From IMG/VR virus record IMGVR_UViG_3300046787_000286, positions 124,001 through 188,000 of that record: a DNA stretch of 64,000 nt, one strand, 5' to 3'. Of this stretch, positions 54,742-64,000 are shown piece after piece. The translations under genes and the position numbers were made by a program. Each line of letters opens with the position of its first letter. The stretch's first letter is position 1. Under the pieces are notes generated by a model. The model was not told where the DNA came from, did no database searches, and saw only the letters and a list, made by a program, of their open reading frames with translations.

Positions 54742-55433
54742 ACTAATCTTAAATTTCCCAGTTGTATGTAATTGAATCCTCGACGACCTTGCATGCCTTT
54801 GTAGTAAGCAGTGGCTGTGAATTCTCTAGGTGTTGTTAATACACTTTCTACTAGTGATCGTAATACGTCGTCGGACTTGGCTACCAGCTTGTAAAGATAT
54901 GGGGATCCTTCTTGCTTTAACCAGTAATAGTAATACTCGCCGTTGCGACGACTTCGCAACATTCTTTTATGCAAAGAGAACACACCCCGGAGTTCTTTGT
55001 TTACTGATACTTCCACGCTTTTGAATTCTGATACCATTTGATCAAGTGCAAGATCTTCTTCGTACAAATACGGTAGTCGATGCAACAAACCAATATCGTC
55101 TTTGGTATACTCGTGACAGCCTGTGGCAATAGCATAGAGCTTTTGTCTAAATGTTGTTTTAATTCCTGTGCCTTTAAGTGCAGCAAAGGTCATTTGACCA
55201 GCGTAGTATTTTCTCAACTCATTGGCACGAACTCTATCTTCATCTTGTGCAGTTGTGTTCTCCAAGTCGGTCCAGCGAATTCCTGTGTGCAACCAAATAC
55301 GATAACTGGCCATTGCCAGTGCCACTGGATCGTCGGGCAGTTTCAGCGGCACTGATTCAGGCTTGGGTCGGTTTGCTAACCAAGCTCCAAAGTCAAACTC
55401 GTCGTTAGATTCTATAATATTCACAGTTGTCAT
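54738..55433 (-). CDS. hypothetical protein
   Basis: 231 aa ORF. Confidence 0.7.
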   Translation of the reverse strand: MTTVNIIESNDEFDFGAWLANRPKPESVPLKLPDDPVALAMASYRIWLHTGIRWTDLENTTAQDEDRVRANELRKYYAGQMTFAALKGTGIKTTFRQKLYAIATGCHEYTKDDIGLLHRLPYLYEEDLALDQMVSEFKSVEVSVNKELRGVFSLHKRMLRSRRNGEYYYYWLKQEGSPYLYKLVAKSDDVLRSLVESVLTTPREFTATAYYKGMQGRRGFNYIQLGNLRLV

Positions 55434-55477
55434 GTTAATCCCATAGTCCTTTATACGTTAAAATCATAAATAAAAGT

Positions 55478-56047
55478 ATGATACCATACACATACTTGAT
55501 CGGTTGGAGTAAAGAAAATAAATTTTATTACGGAGCGAGATGGGCAAAAAATTGCCACCCCTCTGATCTGTGGAAAACATACTTTACCTCTTCAACACAT
55601 GTTAAAAAATATCGCAATCTCTACGGTGATCCTGATATTATTCAAATTAGAAAAACATTTAGTGACGTCGATCAGTGCAGAATTTATGAGCAAAAAACTC
55701 TACGTCGAATTAATGTATTATACAATAATAAATGGTTAAACAAGAACATAAACGGAAGATTCCTTCCGTATGGTCCTCAAACAGAAGAACACAAAGCTGC
55801 GAGATCGATTGCCCTTAAAGGCCATGCACCAACATTCACTAGAAAACATTCAGCAGAATCCTTAGAAAAAATGCGTTTAGCTCAACTTGGAAAACCTAAG
55901 TCTGCGGAGCATATCCTTGCTATGCGTAGCCGTCCTCAAGATACTGCGAAACTTGTTTGTCCACATTGTGGTAAAGAAGGCGATTATAAGAATATGAAAC
56001 GTTGGCATATGGACAGGTGCAAACATCAATCCCAGAGGCCGGAATAA
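55478..56047 (+). mobile_element. free-standing GIY-YIG (Seg-like) homing endonuclease
   Basis: YTYLIGW...FYYGAR, YFTSS, NUMOD3 RKHSAESLEKM, CPHC...MKRWHMDRC; opposite strand to neighbours, own TAAATA. Confidence 0.8.
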
Positions 56048-56652
56048 TATTTTCCGAACAATCGATATCCGTTTGCCTTACGTGCAGTGTGGGCATCTAG
56101 ACCTGCACGATCAACTTTCATCTGGTTAATTTGTTGATTGAGACTGGCACCAGATTGAACTCCGGAATGATCGTAAAACTGAGCATCATCGTCGTCTTTG
56201 AGTTTTTGTTCAAATGCCCAGATCATTTCGTCCATGATCCAGTTCCAGCGATCATGCACAGTTTCGTCATCGTAATTGTTGTGAGGACCAGGTGCCACCT
56301 TGGGGTGCAGATGTTCAGGAGTATCTTCAAGGTCTGTCATGGGACTGCCATGTTTGGTAGCCTTGAGCTGCTTTAGCATAGGCACAATAATATGTGCCAG
56401 GGTATGATCCATGCTCCATGTGTCGTGGTAGTCGACCTTGACATATCTGAGGGGAGGATGAATCCAATCCAAGAAGTCACGCAACTTTTCACAAACAGGC
56501 GCTAAACGAAGGGCCCACTTTTCAATCCAGGGATCATCTTCAAAACTTTCATTATCGTCGTCACGCGGAATCACTCGCCAAAAACACACACGCTGAAGGA
56601 TAGTGTATGGCGAGATCCAGTGGTCGCGATAAGGTGATAGATATACTTTCAT
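56026..56652 (-). CDS. hypothetical phage protein
   Basis: DTWSMDHTLA...LFGKYYSGLWD. Confidence 0.75.
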   Translation of the reverse strand: MKVYLSPYRDHWISPYTILQRVCFWRVIPRDDDNESFEDDPWIEKWALRLAPVCEKLRDFLDWIHPPLRYVKVDYHDTWSMDHTLAHIIVPMLKQLKATKHGSPMTDLEDTPEHLHPKVAPGPHNNYDDETVHDRWNWIMDEMIWAFEQKLKDDDDAQFYDHSGVQSGASLNQQINQMKVDRAGLDAHTARKANGYRLFGKYYSGLWD

Positions 56653-56888
56653 TTTACAGGTTGCATGCTTTCTGTTGTATAGTCAAGGAAATCGCCAGCT
56701 TCACTGCGGATAAAAGCAGCATGTGGATCGATAATTACTACTTCGCAATCGTGGTTGGTAATTTCGTAATCTGTAAACGAATGATCCTTGGACCCTTCGT
56801 GATATACACGAAACCAAATCTCGTTGTCAAGCCCGCGAATTAAAAATCCTCGTTGTCCGATTGCGAGAGCTTCTTCCGTATTTCCCAT
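56649..56888 (-). CDS. hypothetical protein
   Basis: GGAG RBS, 79 aa. Confidence 0.6.
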   Translation of the reverse strand: MGNTEEALAIGQRGFLIRGLDNEIWFRVYHEGSKDHSFTDYEITNHDCEVVIIDPHAAFIRSEAGDFLDYTTESMQPVK

Positions 56889-57028
56889 GTACCGTCTCCT
56901 CTGTCATACCATTCTAAATTATCGCCAGGTTTCCAGCCCACTTCGTCTAGCATTTCCTGGGGAAAGGGAAGAATTAAATCTTCGCCTTCCTCTTCGATCA
57001 TTACACTCCATGTTTTGACTTTTGTCAT
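56840..57028 (-). CDS. AbrB/MazE-like DNA-binding protein
   Basis: LILPFPQEMLDEVGWKPGDNLEW. Confidence 0.7.
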   Translation of the reverse strand: MTKVKTWSVMIEEEGEDLILPFPQEMLDEVGWKPGDNLEWYDRGDGTWEIRKKLSQSDNEDF

Positions 57029-57909
57029 ACTTCCACCGTTAGCAGTTCAAAGTCAATAGCACGTTGTTCATGTCCAGTGTAGCCACGTGGGTTGCAAACA
57101 ACTCGAGTTTCCCCAACCATATAATCAAACACATGATGAGTATGGCCGTGTGTCCACAATTTAATTTGCGGGTGATCCACAATAAACTCGTCTAGGTCTG
57201 AACTATATCCGCCGTTCATGATAGTGTCATCGGCATACATTGGATGTGTTGACTGCTTGCTGGGTGAGTGATGGCCGCACACAACAAACTTTTGATCAAA
57301 CTTGCCTTCAACAATTTGCTGAATATAGCCCTTCATCTTTACATGCTCTTCAAACGCATCCTCGGGCTGAAACTTAGCTGTACGAGTTTTAAAGATTGGC
57401 TTTTCACGATTGTCGACACCGTTGATTTGTTCGTAAGCCTTGTAGTTTACAACACGGTTAGAGTTTTCGACAACACGGAAATCGTTCATCATAGCTTTCA
57501 TATGATATAAAGTTAACGTGTCACCGTTGTTCATGTCAGTCCACAATGTGCCACCGATAAACGTAACATCATCGATAACTTTGACTTCCTTTTCCAACAC
57601 GTACACATTCTTCAAGTAGCCAAGCACATCCTTCAAGTGTGTTTCTGTCTTGGCAAAGTCGCCGTTGTAGTGTTCGTGGTTGCCCATCACGTAGATAACA
57701 TGTGGGAACAGGGCAGAGCAGCGTTGCATAAAATCATGGTAACGATTACTACGATACTCTGTGCCCATTACGCCGTAAGGGTCACGCTGTGTTATATCTC
57801 TAGCAACAAGAATGTCGCCTGATAAAATTAAAACGTCTGCTTGATCGGTGTTGTTGATTTCTAAGTCGCCAAACTCAAGATGCAGATCCGATGCTATTGC
57901 TATTTTCAC
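57025..57909 (-). CDS. calcineurin-like metallophosphoesterase
   Basis: SDLH, GD, GNHE, HH, HGHTH, NPRGY. Confidence 0.92.
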   Translation of the reverse strand: MKIAIASDLHLEFGDLEINNTDQADVLILSGDILVARDITQRDPYGVMGTEYRSNRYHDFMQRCSALFPHVIYVMGNHEHYNGDFAKTETHLKDVLGYLKNVYVLEKEVKVIDDVTFIGGTLWTDMNNGDTLTLYHMKAMMNDFRVVENSNRVVNYKAYEQINGVDNREKPIFKTRTAKFQPEDAFEEHVKMKGYIQQIVEGKFDQKFVVCGHHSPSKQSTHPMYADDTIMNGGYSSDLDEFIVDHPQIKLWTHGHTHHVFDYMVGETRVVCNPRGYTGHEQRAIDFELLTVEV

Positions 57910-58294
57910 GATTGTCTTTCAGTTGTTGTCGCAGTACTGCTAATGCAGCCTCGTCGCCGGAATTAAAAAATGCGTTGAGTCCCGGGAAACGTTGTTGAAA
58001 CTGATCAGTAAGTTCTTTTACATCTGATCCTTGACAAACAAATTGGTTTGTATTGCTATTATAGCAGTAATACAAATTGTTTTCAACCTCTACGGTTAGT
58101 GGGATAATCTTGTCCGAAGCAAGTGCTTGTTCTTTGGACACCGAAGTTGTGGTTTTTCCAGACTCATCTGCTAATGCTTCTTCTAGCAACACTCGAAGAC
58201 GCTCTGCCCACCGGCGAACAAAGATCGCCATGACCCAAACAGCAACGACCATTCCAACTACAAATGCCAAAAACAATTCGCCCCATCCAAACAT
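57875..58294 (-). CDS. membrane-anchored hypothetical protein
   Basis: N-terminal TM segment. Confidence 0.7.
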   Translation of the reverse strand: MFGWGELFLAFVVGMVVAVWVMAIFVRRWAERLRVLLEEALADESGKTTTSVSKEQALASDKIIPLTVEVENNLYYCYNSNTNQFVCQGSDVKELTDQFQQRFPGLNAFFNSGDEAALAVLRQQLKDNRENSNSIGSAS

Positions 58295-58295
58295 A

Positions 58296-58586
58296 TTAAC
58301 CTCGCATTGCTTCTAAAGTGATCAACTTGCCCAACTCGCGCTCAAAATCCCGATCATCTGGGATAAGGTAAACTTGATTGTTACTGCGGTCACTTTTACG
58401 ATCGTATTTACGAAACGTTACAATACGCCCGCCGTGTGCCGAGTGAACTTGGATATTGAGTCCATCGCCCCAGTCACTTTCGGGTGACATACTGACTTTG
58501 GCACTTGACATGCTTCGATCATATAGTTCAGGCTCATTACCGATGTCACGCATCTTTTTAAACAAATAACGCCAAATAAACTTCAT
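58296..58586 (-). CDS. hypothetical protein
   Basis: ATGA-coupled. Confidence 0.65.
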   Translation of the reverse strand: MKFIWRYLFKKMRDIGNEPELYDRSMSSAKVSMSPESDWGDGLNIQVHSAHGGRIVTFRKYDRKSDRSNNQVYLIPDDRDFERELGKLITLEAMRG

Positions 58587-59047
58587 ACTTTTGCCTTTCG
58601 ATTTTTTAAATAATCTTCCCACTGCACCCACTTGTTTTTAACAAGGAATCCCCAGTCACGTTGTTTAGCGCCTGGCATGAACAAGGTCCAGCATGTTACT
58701 TCGGGGTCGAGCTCAATACGGTGGAGGCTTTTCGCCCCAGCCATCCGGAAGCTGCCCGGACCGCACCACCGAGCAATCTCGCCAATTTTCTTTCCATCGC
58801 TCCCAAACTGCGGAGTCCATTCATAGTAGCCACCTTTTAAAATAAGTGTAGCAAAGGGCCAGGGATGATCGTGTAAGTCATCAACATCTGATTTCAAAAA
58901 CTTGTGCAGGAACACGTTAAACGGAAAGTTCTCTCGATCTTTAAGAAACAAGTAGTACCGTTCCAGATATGGTTCATTGTCTACACGGTCATAAACAATG
59001 CGTTTACGCCCACGGGCTTCCAAAAACTTTAGAAATTTTGAGAACAT
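58583..59047 (-). CDS. cupin-fold protein
   Basis: LHDHPW, GGYYE, LHRIEL. Confidence 0.75.
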   Translation of the reverse strand: MFSKFLKFLEARGRKRIVYDRVDNEPYLERYYLFLKDRENFPFNVFLHKFLKSDVDDLHDHPWPFATLILKGGYYEWTPQFGSDGKKIGEIARWCGPGSFRMAGAKSLHRIELDPEVTCWTLFMPGAKQRDWGFLVKNKWVQWEDYLKNRKAKV

Positions 59048-59067
59048 GCTAACTCCTTTACACCTGT

Positions 59068-59096
59068 ATTATACAGGGTTTTTATTTGCTGGTCAA
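59068..59096 (-). promoter_or_regulatory. sigma70-type promoter
   Basis: TTGACC-N17-TATAAT. Confidence 0.8.
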
Positions 59097-59100
59097 GAGA

Positions 59101-59121
59101 AACCCGCCACTTGGGCGGGTT
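59101..59121 (-). terminator. hairpin, probable terminator
   Basis: aacccgcc-acttg-ggcgggtt inverted repeat. Confidence 0.65.
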
Positions 59122-59146
59122 AATACTTTGGGTTGACCTAAGTAAC

Positions 59147-59428
59147 TTAGACCAAGCCCATTGCCAAAGCGCGATAGCCTGCGGCGATCAACTTGCGTGA
59201 TGGCTTGCCAATTTGGTACTCGGTGACCTTGACACCGTTGCCTGCAACGCGGCTGTTGGAGTAAACGCAGAAACCAGCAGCGCGAACGCGACTGACTTCA
59301 GCACTCAAGTTACCAACGCCGAAACGCTTTTTGGCTTCAGATGGGGTTAAAGTTTCGCCATTGTGCAAGGCTGTAAAGACTTTAAAAGTTTTGGATTTAG
59401 GATTAAAACGCATAATATTACCTTTCAT
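59147..59428 (-). CDS. winged-HTH DNA-binding protein
   Basis: LTPSEAKKRFGVGNLSAEVSRVRAAG; promoter TTGCAT-N17-TACAAT at 59461-59489. Confidence 0.7.
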   Translation of the reverse strand: MKGNIMRFNPKSKTFKVFTALHNGETLTPSEAKKRFGVGNLSAEVSRVRAAGFCVYSNSRVAGNGVKVTEYQIGKPSRKLIAAGYRALAMGLV

Positions 59429-59541
59429 GTAAGTTAGCTGTTTGCGTACAGCATATGACTATTGTATGCGAGTATAACACAAAATGCAACGGCTTTTGGA
59501 TGCAGTTTAGCCATAAATAACAAAAAAGGTAGAGTTCTCAC

Positions 59542-62500
59542 ATGGCAAACCAAATTAACATTGATATCGGTGCAGCAGCAAATGACGGCACAGGCGATCC
59601 GTTACGCACCGCGTTTAATTACGTAAACAACAACTTTTCTAACGTTTGGAATACAGGATTACCTAACTCAAACGTTCAATTTTCTGACAATAGAATTTTA
59701 ACAGTTAACACCAACGCTAACTTGGTGTTGGCACCTAATGGCATTGGCAAAGTTGCATCCAACGTTGATATTGTGCCTAACACAGCTAATGTATTTGCGC
59801 TAGGTGGGGCAAGTCGTCGTTGGAACACAGTTTACGGACAGTATTTAGATTTATCGCACAATGCAGTTATTGGCGGGAATTTAGTTGTTACAGGTAACTT
59901 ATCAGCAGGGAATATCAGTTACACATCTAATGTATTTGTTGGCGACCTAGAAGGATCAGTGTTCGACGGTGCTAGTTCGATTGTGTTGGATGTAATTGAC
60001 AGTACCATTTACGTAGACAACTATCGTTATGCAAATGGCGTTCCTGTTTCTTTTGGCGGCAATTATAGCAATGCAAACGTGGCAGCATATTTGCCAACTT
60101 ACACTGGCAATCTCAGTGCTAATAATATCACAGCTGGCAATGTGTTCACTGCACAGACAGTAACAGCAAATGATGCATACATTAACACTGGCACCTTTGC
60201 CGGGGATGAGAATACCGGAGACGCTGCAATGTACGTTGGATCGCCAACGTTTACTAACCTGGGCTCAGATATCATGGCCCAGTTTACAGGCAACGTAACA
60301 ACCTACGCTCAAATCAACTTGCAGAACTGGAGTAATGCTGCCACTGCATCCGGCGATTACATTTTAACAGCAGACAACGGCAACGACTCTACTCACTTCC
60401 TGGATATGGGTATAACCAGTTCTACCTGGGACGGTACACAAACAAACGTCTTAACCGGTCTCAATCCAAACAACGGTTACTTGTATGTACAAGATGGCAA
60501 CTTAACACTGGGCACAAGAGCAGGCAACGTAAGTTATAGCTGGAAGTTTGATACCACAGGCAACTTAACTGTGGCCGGAAACGTTATCCCCACAGGCAAC
60601 AACACACAGAGTTTAGGTAGTGCAACCCAGCAATGGAATGACTTGTATTTGTCCAATGCTACAATTTACATGAACTCTGTGCCGATCAGTTTGACTGCCG
60701 ACAATGTGCTCACAGTCAATGGTGCAGATGTTGTAACAACCAACAGTGAAGGACAGGCAAACATTGGTAACCTTGACATCAACGGCACTGTTATTCAAAT
60801 TGCAGAAGGTGCTTCAGAAACTCTAATCAATATTACTCCTAGTGGACCTACCGCAGGTTGGGCATATTTACAACTTCCCACAAATGGCACTGCAAATACA
60901 GCCAACACACGCTTGCATAACGATGCCGGCAATATAGAATTTGGTACAGGAGATTTTTCAACAGGTAGCACCAACTATACTTGGACATTTAACAACACCG
61001 GAACCTTGGTTTTTCCTGCCAACCCTAATGGTCAAATCTATGGTGGCCAAGACAACGATTTTATCATCACCACCTCCAATGCCAATGCTGCCACATACTA
61101 TTTTACTTTCAGTCAGTTAGGCGATCTCACAGTTCCTATCAATCTCAATGTGTCGGGCAATGTCTATACAAATGATATTGTAGGAGCAGGAGCTGGCAAC
61201 ATCACAATCACAGCTAACACACAGTCATGGTTATTTGATGACACTGGCATGTTGACTTTGCCCAGCGAGGGTCAGATTAGATCTGTGGCCAACACTGGCA
61301 TGAGACTCAGTGCTGGTGCCAGCGATGTCACTGGCTTGTTGTTAAACAACACTGGCGATGCTGAACTCTATGCTAATGCCAATGTATCCGTATACACTGA
61401 CTCTGGAAACACCGGCTGGACGTTTGACACTGCTGGTAATCTAACACTTCCTGGTAACGCTGGTGCAAACAATGCAAGCATTTCAGCAACAGTCAATGGT
61501 AGTATTCTAGGCCTAAACAGTCAGGCTAATGGTTCAGTAAGATTGAGAGCATATGGCAGTGCTGCCAACCTGGTTGCTGGCATGGCTGTGTTTGGTGAAG
61601 ACGGTGAAGTTGATCGTGTTCAAATCAGCACTTATAACCCTGGCATTGATGATAACAACGCTTGGGTATTTAACACTAGTGGCGATTTAACCACGCCAGA
61701 TGGTAACATATTCTTTGGCACAGGCGCTAATAGTGCTGTTATTGTGCCAGCAGGTAATTCTGTTAAAATAGCCGCAGATCGCGGAAATACTTCAAAAAAT
61801 TATATTGATATAACCAGCAGTGGAATAACCATTGATGCACTAGGTGGTTCCACTGCTGACATTAGAATAAGAGCCGCAGATGATATTTTTGTGCAAGGCG
61901 GGGACAAAACAAGTGCTCCGGGACAACGCGGTGGTGATATCAATATTGATGGTGGCCAAGGTGGCCCAGACAATGGTGTCAATGCAGGCGACGGCGGCGA
62001 CATTGCCATTCAAGGTGGCCTGGGCGGCGAGATATTAGCAGGTGGATCAGGCGACGGCGGCGATGTGACACTGCTTGGTGGTACAGGTAGCACCGCCAAC
62101 GTTGCTAATTTACTAGGGGCAGGCCGCGGCGGCCTGGTGGTGATACAAGGTGGTCAAGGTGGCGATCAAGCAGGCAACACTTCTCTATCAGAGCGCGGCG
62201 GCAACGTTGACATCTACGGCGGCCAAGGCAGTTTTGACTTTGCGAACACTTTGCCAAGTGGTCTTCCAGGCCATGTTAACCTCTATGGTGGCAACTGGGG
62301 ATTTGTCAATGCTCCAAGTGGCAACATCTATCTCAATACCTATGACGGAACAAACTTCAAGACATTGACCTACGATACTGCTGGCAATGTCACAATGGCC
62401 GCTGGTGGTGCATTAAACATGGTGGGATCAAGTTCGGGCATTGTTCAATCGCCAAACAATGATTTGATTGTCACAGTTCAAGATGATGACAATGACGATT

Positions 62501-63546
62501 GGGCATTATACAATCGAATCACTGACACTGGCGCAACATTGGGCGAAACAAGACTACGCCGTGGCGATTTTCGAATTGATTTTCCTGGTGTGTCAAAGAC
62601 CTTTACCTTTGATGATAGTGGTGTACTTAGTTTACCCGGTGATATTGCTTCTAGCACTCAAGGCGGAGATATCAGTCTTTATGCAATCGACGATGGCGAC
62701 AGTGGATCTGCAGAGATAAAAACTATCAGTTTTGCTGGTAGTACGCTAGGTAGTAATGTCAGAGTAACCCAAAGCAACGCCACTATTTCGACCAGTAACG
62801 CTGCATACACCTGGACATTTGATAACACTGGTAATCTAACAGTTCCAGGAAACACCATTGTTTCCACAGCCAATGCCACAGGCGGTCTAGGTGGTAAGAG
62901 CGTAAGCATTACTGCTGGCGCCAGTGACGCAGTTACTTGGAATTCAAACCCAGGTGGCAATGTAAACATCACAGGCGGATACGGCTCGTTTGGCGGCGGC
63001 GGCGGCGGTCCTGGTGGTAATGTTAATATCACAAGTGGTGGTAGTTCAGATAGCCATGCAGGCAATGTAACTATCAATTCCGGCGCTAATGCATGGAACT
63101 TTGATTACACCGGTAATTTAGACGCCCCGGGTAATATTACATCCACTAACTTTGTCGGCAACGGCGCAGCATTGACCAATGTTGCTACACAAGTAACAGG
63201 TTCCTGGACATTAGCCGCAGGGACAAACACTGCAAATATTACAGTTCCGCCAAACGGTACTTACACAATCTGGGTCAATGGAAACATTCCAAACGGTATT
63301 GCAGTATGGAACGCTACTGTAACTATTACCAACAATAACGTGCCAGTAATTGGACAACAATTTGCTTGGAATTATTCTGGTAATGCGTTGGTGATTACTT
63401 CAATTCCATCACAGATCATTGGAACAGCAGGTGCTATTAGTAATGCATCACCGGCTGTTGGCACAACTACCAATGTGTTTGAGTTCAGCATTGACAACAA
63501 CAGTGGTAATAGTCAGACTGTGGACTACGGATGGACTAAACTTTAA
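59542..63546 (+). CDS. long tail fibre / receptor-binding protein
   Basis: 1334 aa, G/N/T-rich; anchor GAAANDGTGDPLRTAF; about 10 W/FxFDxxGxLTxP repeats; GGxVxIxGG repeats; TAAATA upstream. Confidence 0.85.
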   Translation: MANQINIDIGAAANDGTGDPLRTAFNYVNNNFSNVWNTGLPNSNVQFSDNRILTVNTNANLVLAPNGIGKVASNVDIVPNTANVFALGGASRRWNTVYGQYLDLSHNAVIGGNLVVTGNLSAGNISYTSNVFVGDLEGSVFDGASSIVLDVIDSTIYVDNYRYANGVPVSFGGNYSNANVAAYLPTYTGNLSANNITAGNVFTAQTVTANDAYINTGTFAGDENTGDAAMYVGSPTFTNLGSDIMAQFTGNVTTYAQINLQNWSNAATASGDYILTADNGNDSTHFLDMGITSSTWDGTQTNVLTGLNPNNGYLYVQDGNLTLGTRAGNVSYSWKFDTTGNLTVAGNVIPTGNNTQSLGSATQQWNDLYLSNATIYMNSVPISLTADNVLTVNGADVVTTNSEGQANIGNLDINGTVIQIAEGASETLINITPSGPTAGWAYLQLPTNGTANTANTRLHNDAGNIEFGTGDFSTGSTNYTWTFNNTGTLVFPANPNGQIYGGQDNDFIITTSNANAATYYFTFSQLGDLTVPINLNVSGNVYTNDIVGAGAGNITITANTQSWLFDDTGMLTLPSEGQIRSVANTGMRLSAGASDVTGLLLNNTGDAELYANANVSVYTDSGNTGWTFDTAGNLTLPGNAGANNASISATVNGSILGLNSQANGSVRLRAYGSAANLVAGMAVFGEDGEVDRVQISTYNPGIDDNNAWVFNTSGDLTTPDGNIFFGTGANSAVIVPAGNSVKIAADRGNTSKNYIDITSSGITIDALGGSTADIRIRAADDIFVQGGDKTSAPGQRGGDINIDGGQGGPDNGVNAGDGGDIAIQGGLGGEILAGGSGDGGDVTLLGGTGSTANVANLLGAGRGGLVVIQGGQGGDQAGNTSLSERGGNVDIYGGQGSFDFANTLPSGLPGHVNLYGGNWGFVNAPSGNIYLNTYDGTNFKTLTYDTAGNVTMAAGGALNMVGSSSGIVQSPNNDLIVTVQDDDNDDWALYNRITDTGATLGETRLRRGDFRIDFPGVSKTFTFDDSGVLSLPGDIASSTQGGDISLYAIDDGDSGSAEIKTISFAGSTLGSNVRVTQSNATISTSNAAYTWTFDNTGNLTVPGNTIVSTANATGGLGGKSVSITAGASDAVTWNSNPGGNVNITGGYGSFGGGGGGPGGNVNITSGGSSDSHAGNVTINSGANAWNFDYTGNLDAPGNITSTNFVGNGAALTNVATQVTGSWTLAAGTNTANITVPPNGTYTIWVNGNIPNGIAVWNATVTITNNNVPVIGQQFAWNYSGNALVITSIPSQIIGTAGAISNASPAVGTTTNVFEFSIDNNSGNSQTVDYGWTKL

Positions 63547-63767
63547 GCCCACCGTAAGTTAAACCAGGCACGGTCTTGGTCGTTGAGCACTCGCCACACG
63601 TCAAAACCACCAAGTGTGCCTTGGTATTCAATTGTGATGCTATTCTCACCTGCCCACTCATACACTTCTTGACGCTTTGAGTACGGTGTTGCAATATCAC
63701 GAGCATCACTCATGAACACATATCCACGATCGTCACGAGCAAACTCTTTGAGTGCCATTACTGCCAC
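63543..63767 (-). CDS. small protein of the FxL[KR]W-ending family
   Basis: ends DRAWFNLRWA. Confidence 0.7.
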   Translation of the reverse strand: MAVMALKEFARDDRGYVFMSDARDIATPYSKRQEVYEWAGENSITIEYQGTLGGFDVWRVLNDQDRAWFNLRWA

Positions 63768-63985
63768 CTCATTGCAAACACTGCGGCTTTTTTAGAGCAG
63801 TCGAATTTCCACTCTGGATTACCGATCCATCGCGGATCGTGCCATCCGTCGTCTACACAAGGGCCAAAGTTCTTTTGACACCATTCAAACATCTCCATGT
63901 AGTGGTGCCAGTCTCGTGTGGGTACATTAATAATGTATTTCCACTTTCGTCGATCTTTTCTACGTTGATGACTATTCATTTCCAT
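63758..63985 (-). CDS. small protein of the FxL[KR]W-ending family
   Basis: ends KAAVFAMRWQ. Confidence 0.7.
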   Translation of the reverse strand: MEMNSHQRRKDRRKWKYIINVPTRDWHHYMEMFEWCQKNFGPCVDDGWHDPRWIGNPEWKFDCSKKAAVFAMRWQ

Positions 63986-64000
63986 CTCAGCAAGAACATT

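Noticed and set aside
432-58826. Many plus-strand ORFs in the track, and minus-strand ORFs inside the fibre gene
   Set aside because: Antisense shadows of well-supported genes with no RBS or motifs; only 20578, 25652, 55478 and 59542 are accepted on the plus strand
59542-63546. Diversity-generating retroelement target
   Set aside because: No reverse transcriptase and no adenine-specific TR/VR pair seen in this window
1-64000. Stop-codon reassignment
   Set aside because: Long genes are intact in the standard code, and TAG terminates at least one gene (52279)
1-64000. tRNA or other structured RNA genes
   Set aside because: Intergenic gaps are short and explained by promoters and terminators; no cloverleaf recognised by eye (tRNAscan/Infernal not run)

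Overview
This is a 64-kb segment of a large (jumbo-type, T4-like regulation) tailed dsDNA phage genome. It is densely coding and almost entirely on the minus strand, uses the standard genetic code, and shows no rRNA, tRNA or CRISPR array. The host is probably Gram-negative, possibly a betaproteobacterium (inferred from spanins, a Bug/TctC protein and a PBP7-like peptidase). Content: chaperones (ClpA, DnaJ, GroES); lysis genes (GH19 endolysin, split spanin pair, 3TM holin-like); replication and nucleotide genes (clamp loader, DnaE fragment, HAD nucleotidase, PhoH); baseplate and fibre genes; host-like auxiliary genes (IF-1, Fe/Mn SOD, HD hydrolase, amidinotransferase, ATE/Bpt-like transferase); a Bug + sulfotransferase + oxygenase + APS-kinase operon; two GIY-YIG-like homing endonucleases; and a small-gene early region driven by repeated sigma70 promoter cassettes. 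The strongest unexplained pattern is a set of late genes beginning with a T4 internal-protein-like capsid-targeting leader (M-R-x-x-E-F-[IL]-x-E) and/or built as polyproteins of often Glu-poor modules joined by [ILV]-x-E sites. Their cargo includes an acetyltransferase, an ADP-ribosyltransferase, a kinase, a ParB-like domain, SOD and a nucleotidyltransferase. A YafQ-like RNase with one Glu is paired with an unannotated Glu-rich 57-aa partner that carries a similar leader. I infer a virion-packaged effector system activated by the prohead protease. The protease and capsid genes are not in this window. All family assignments are from motif recognition by eye, not from database searches.
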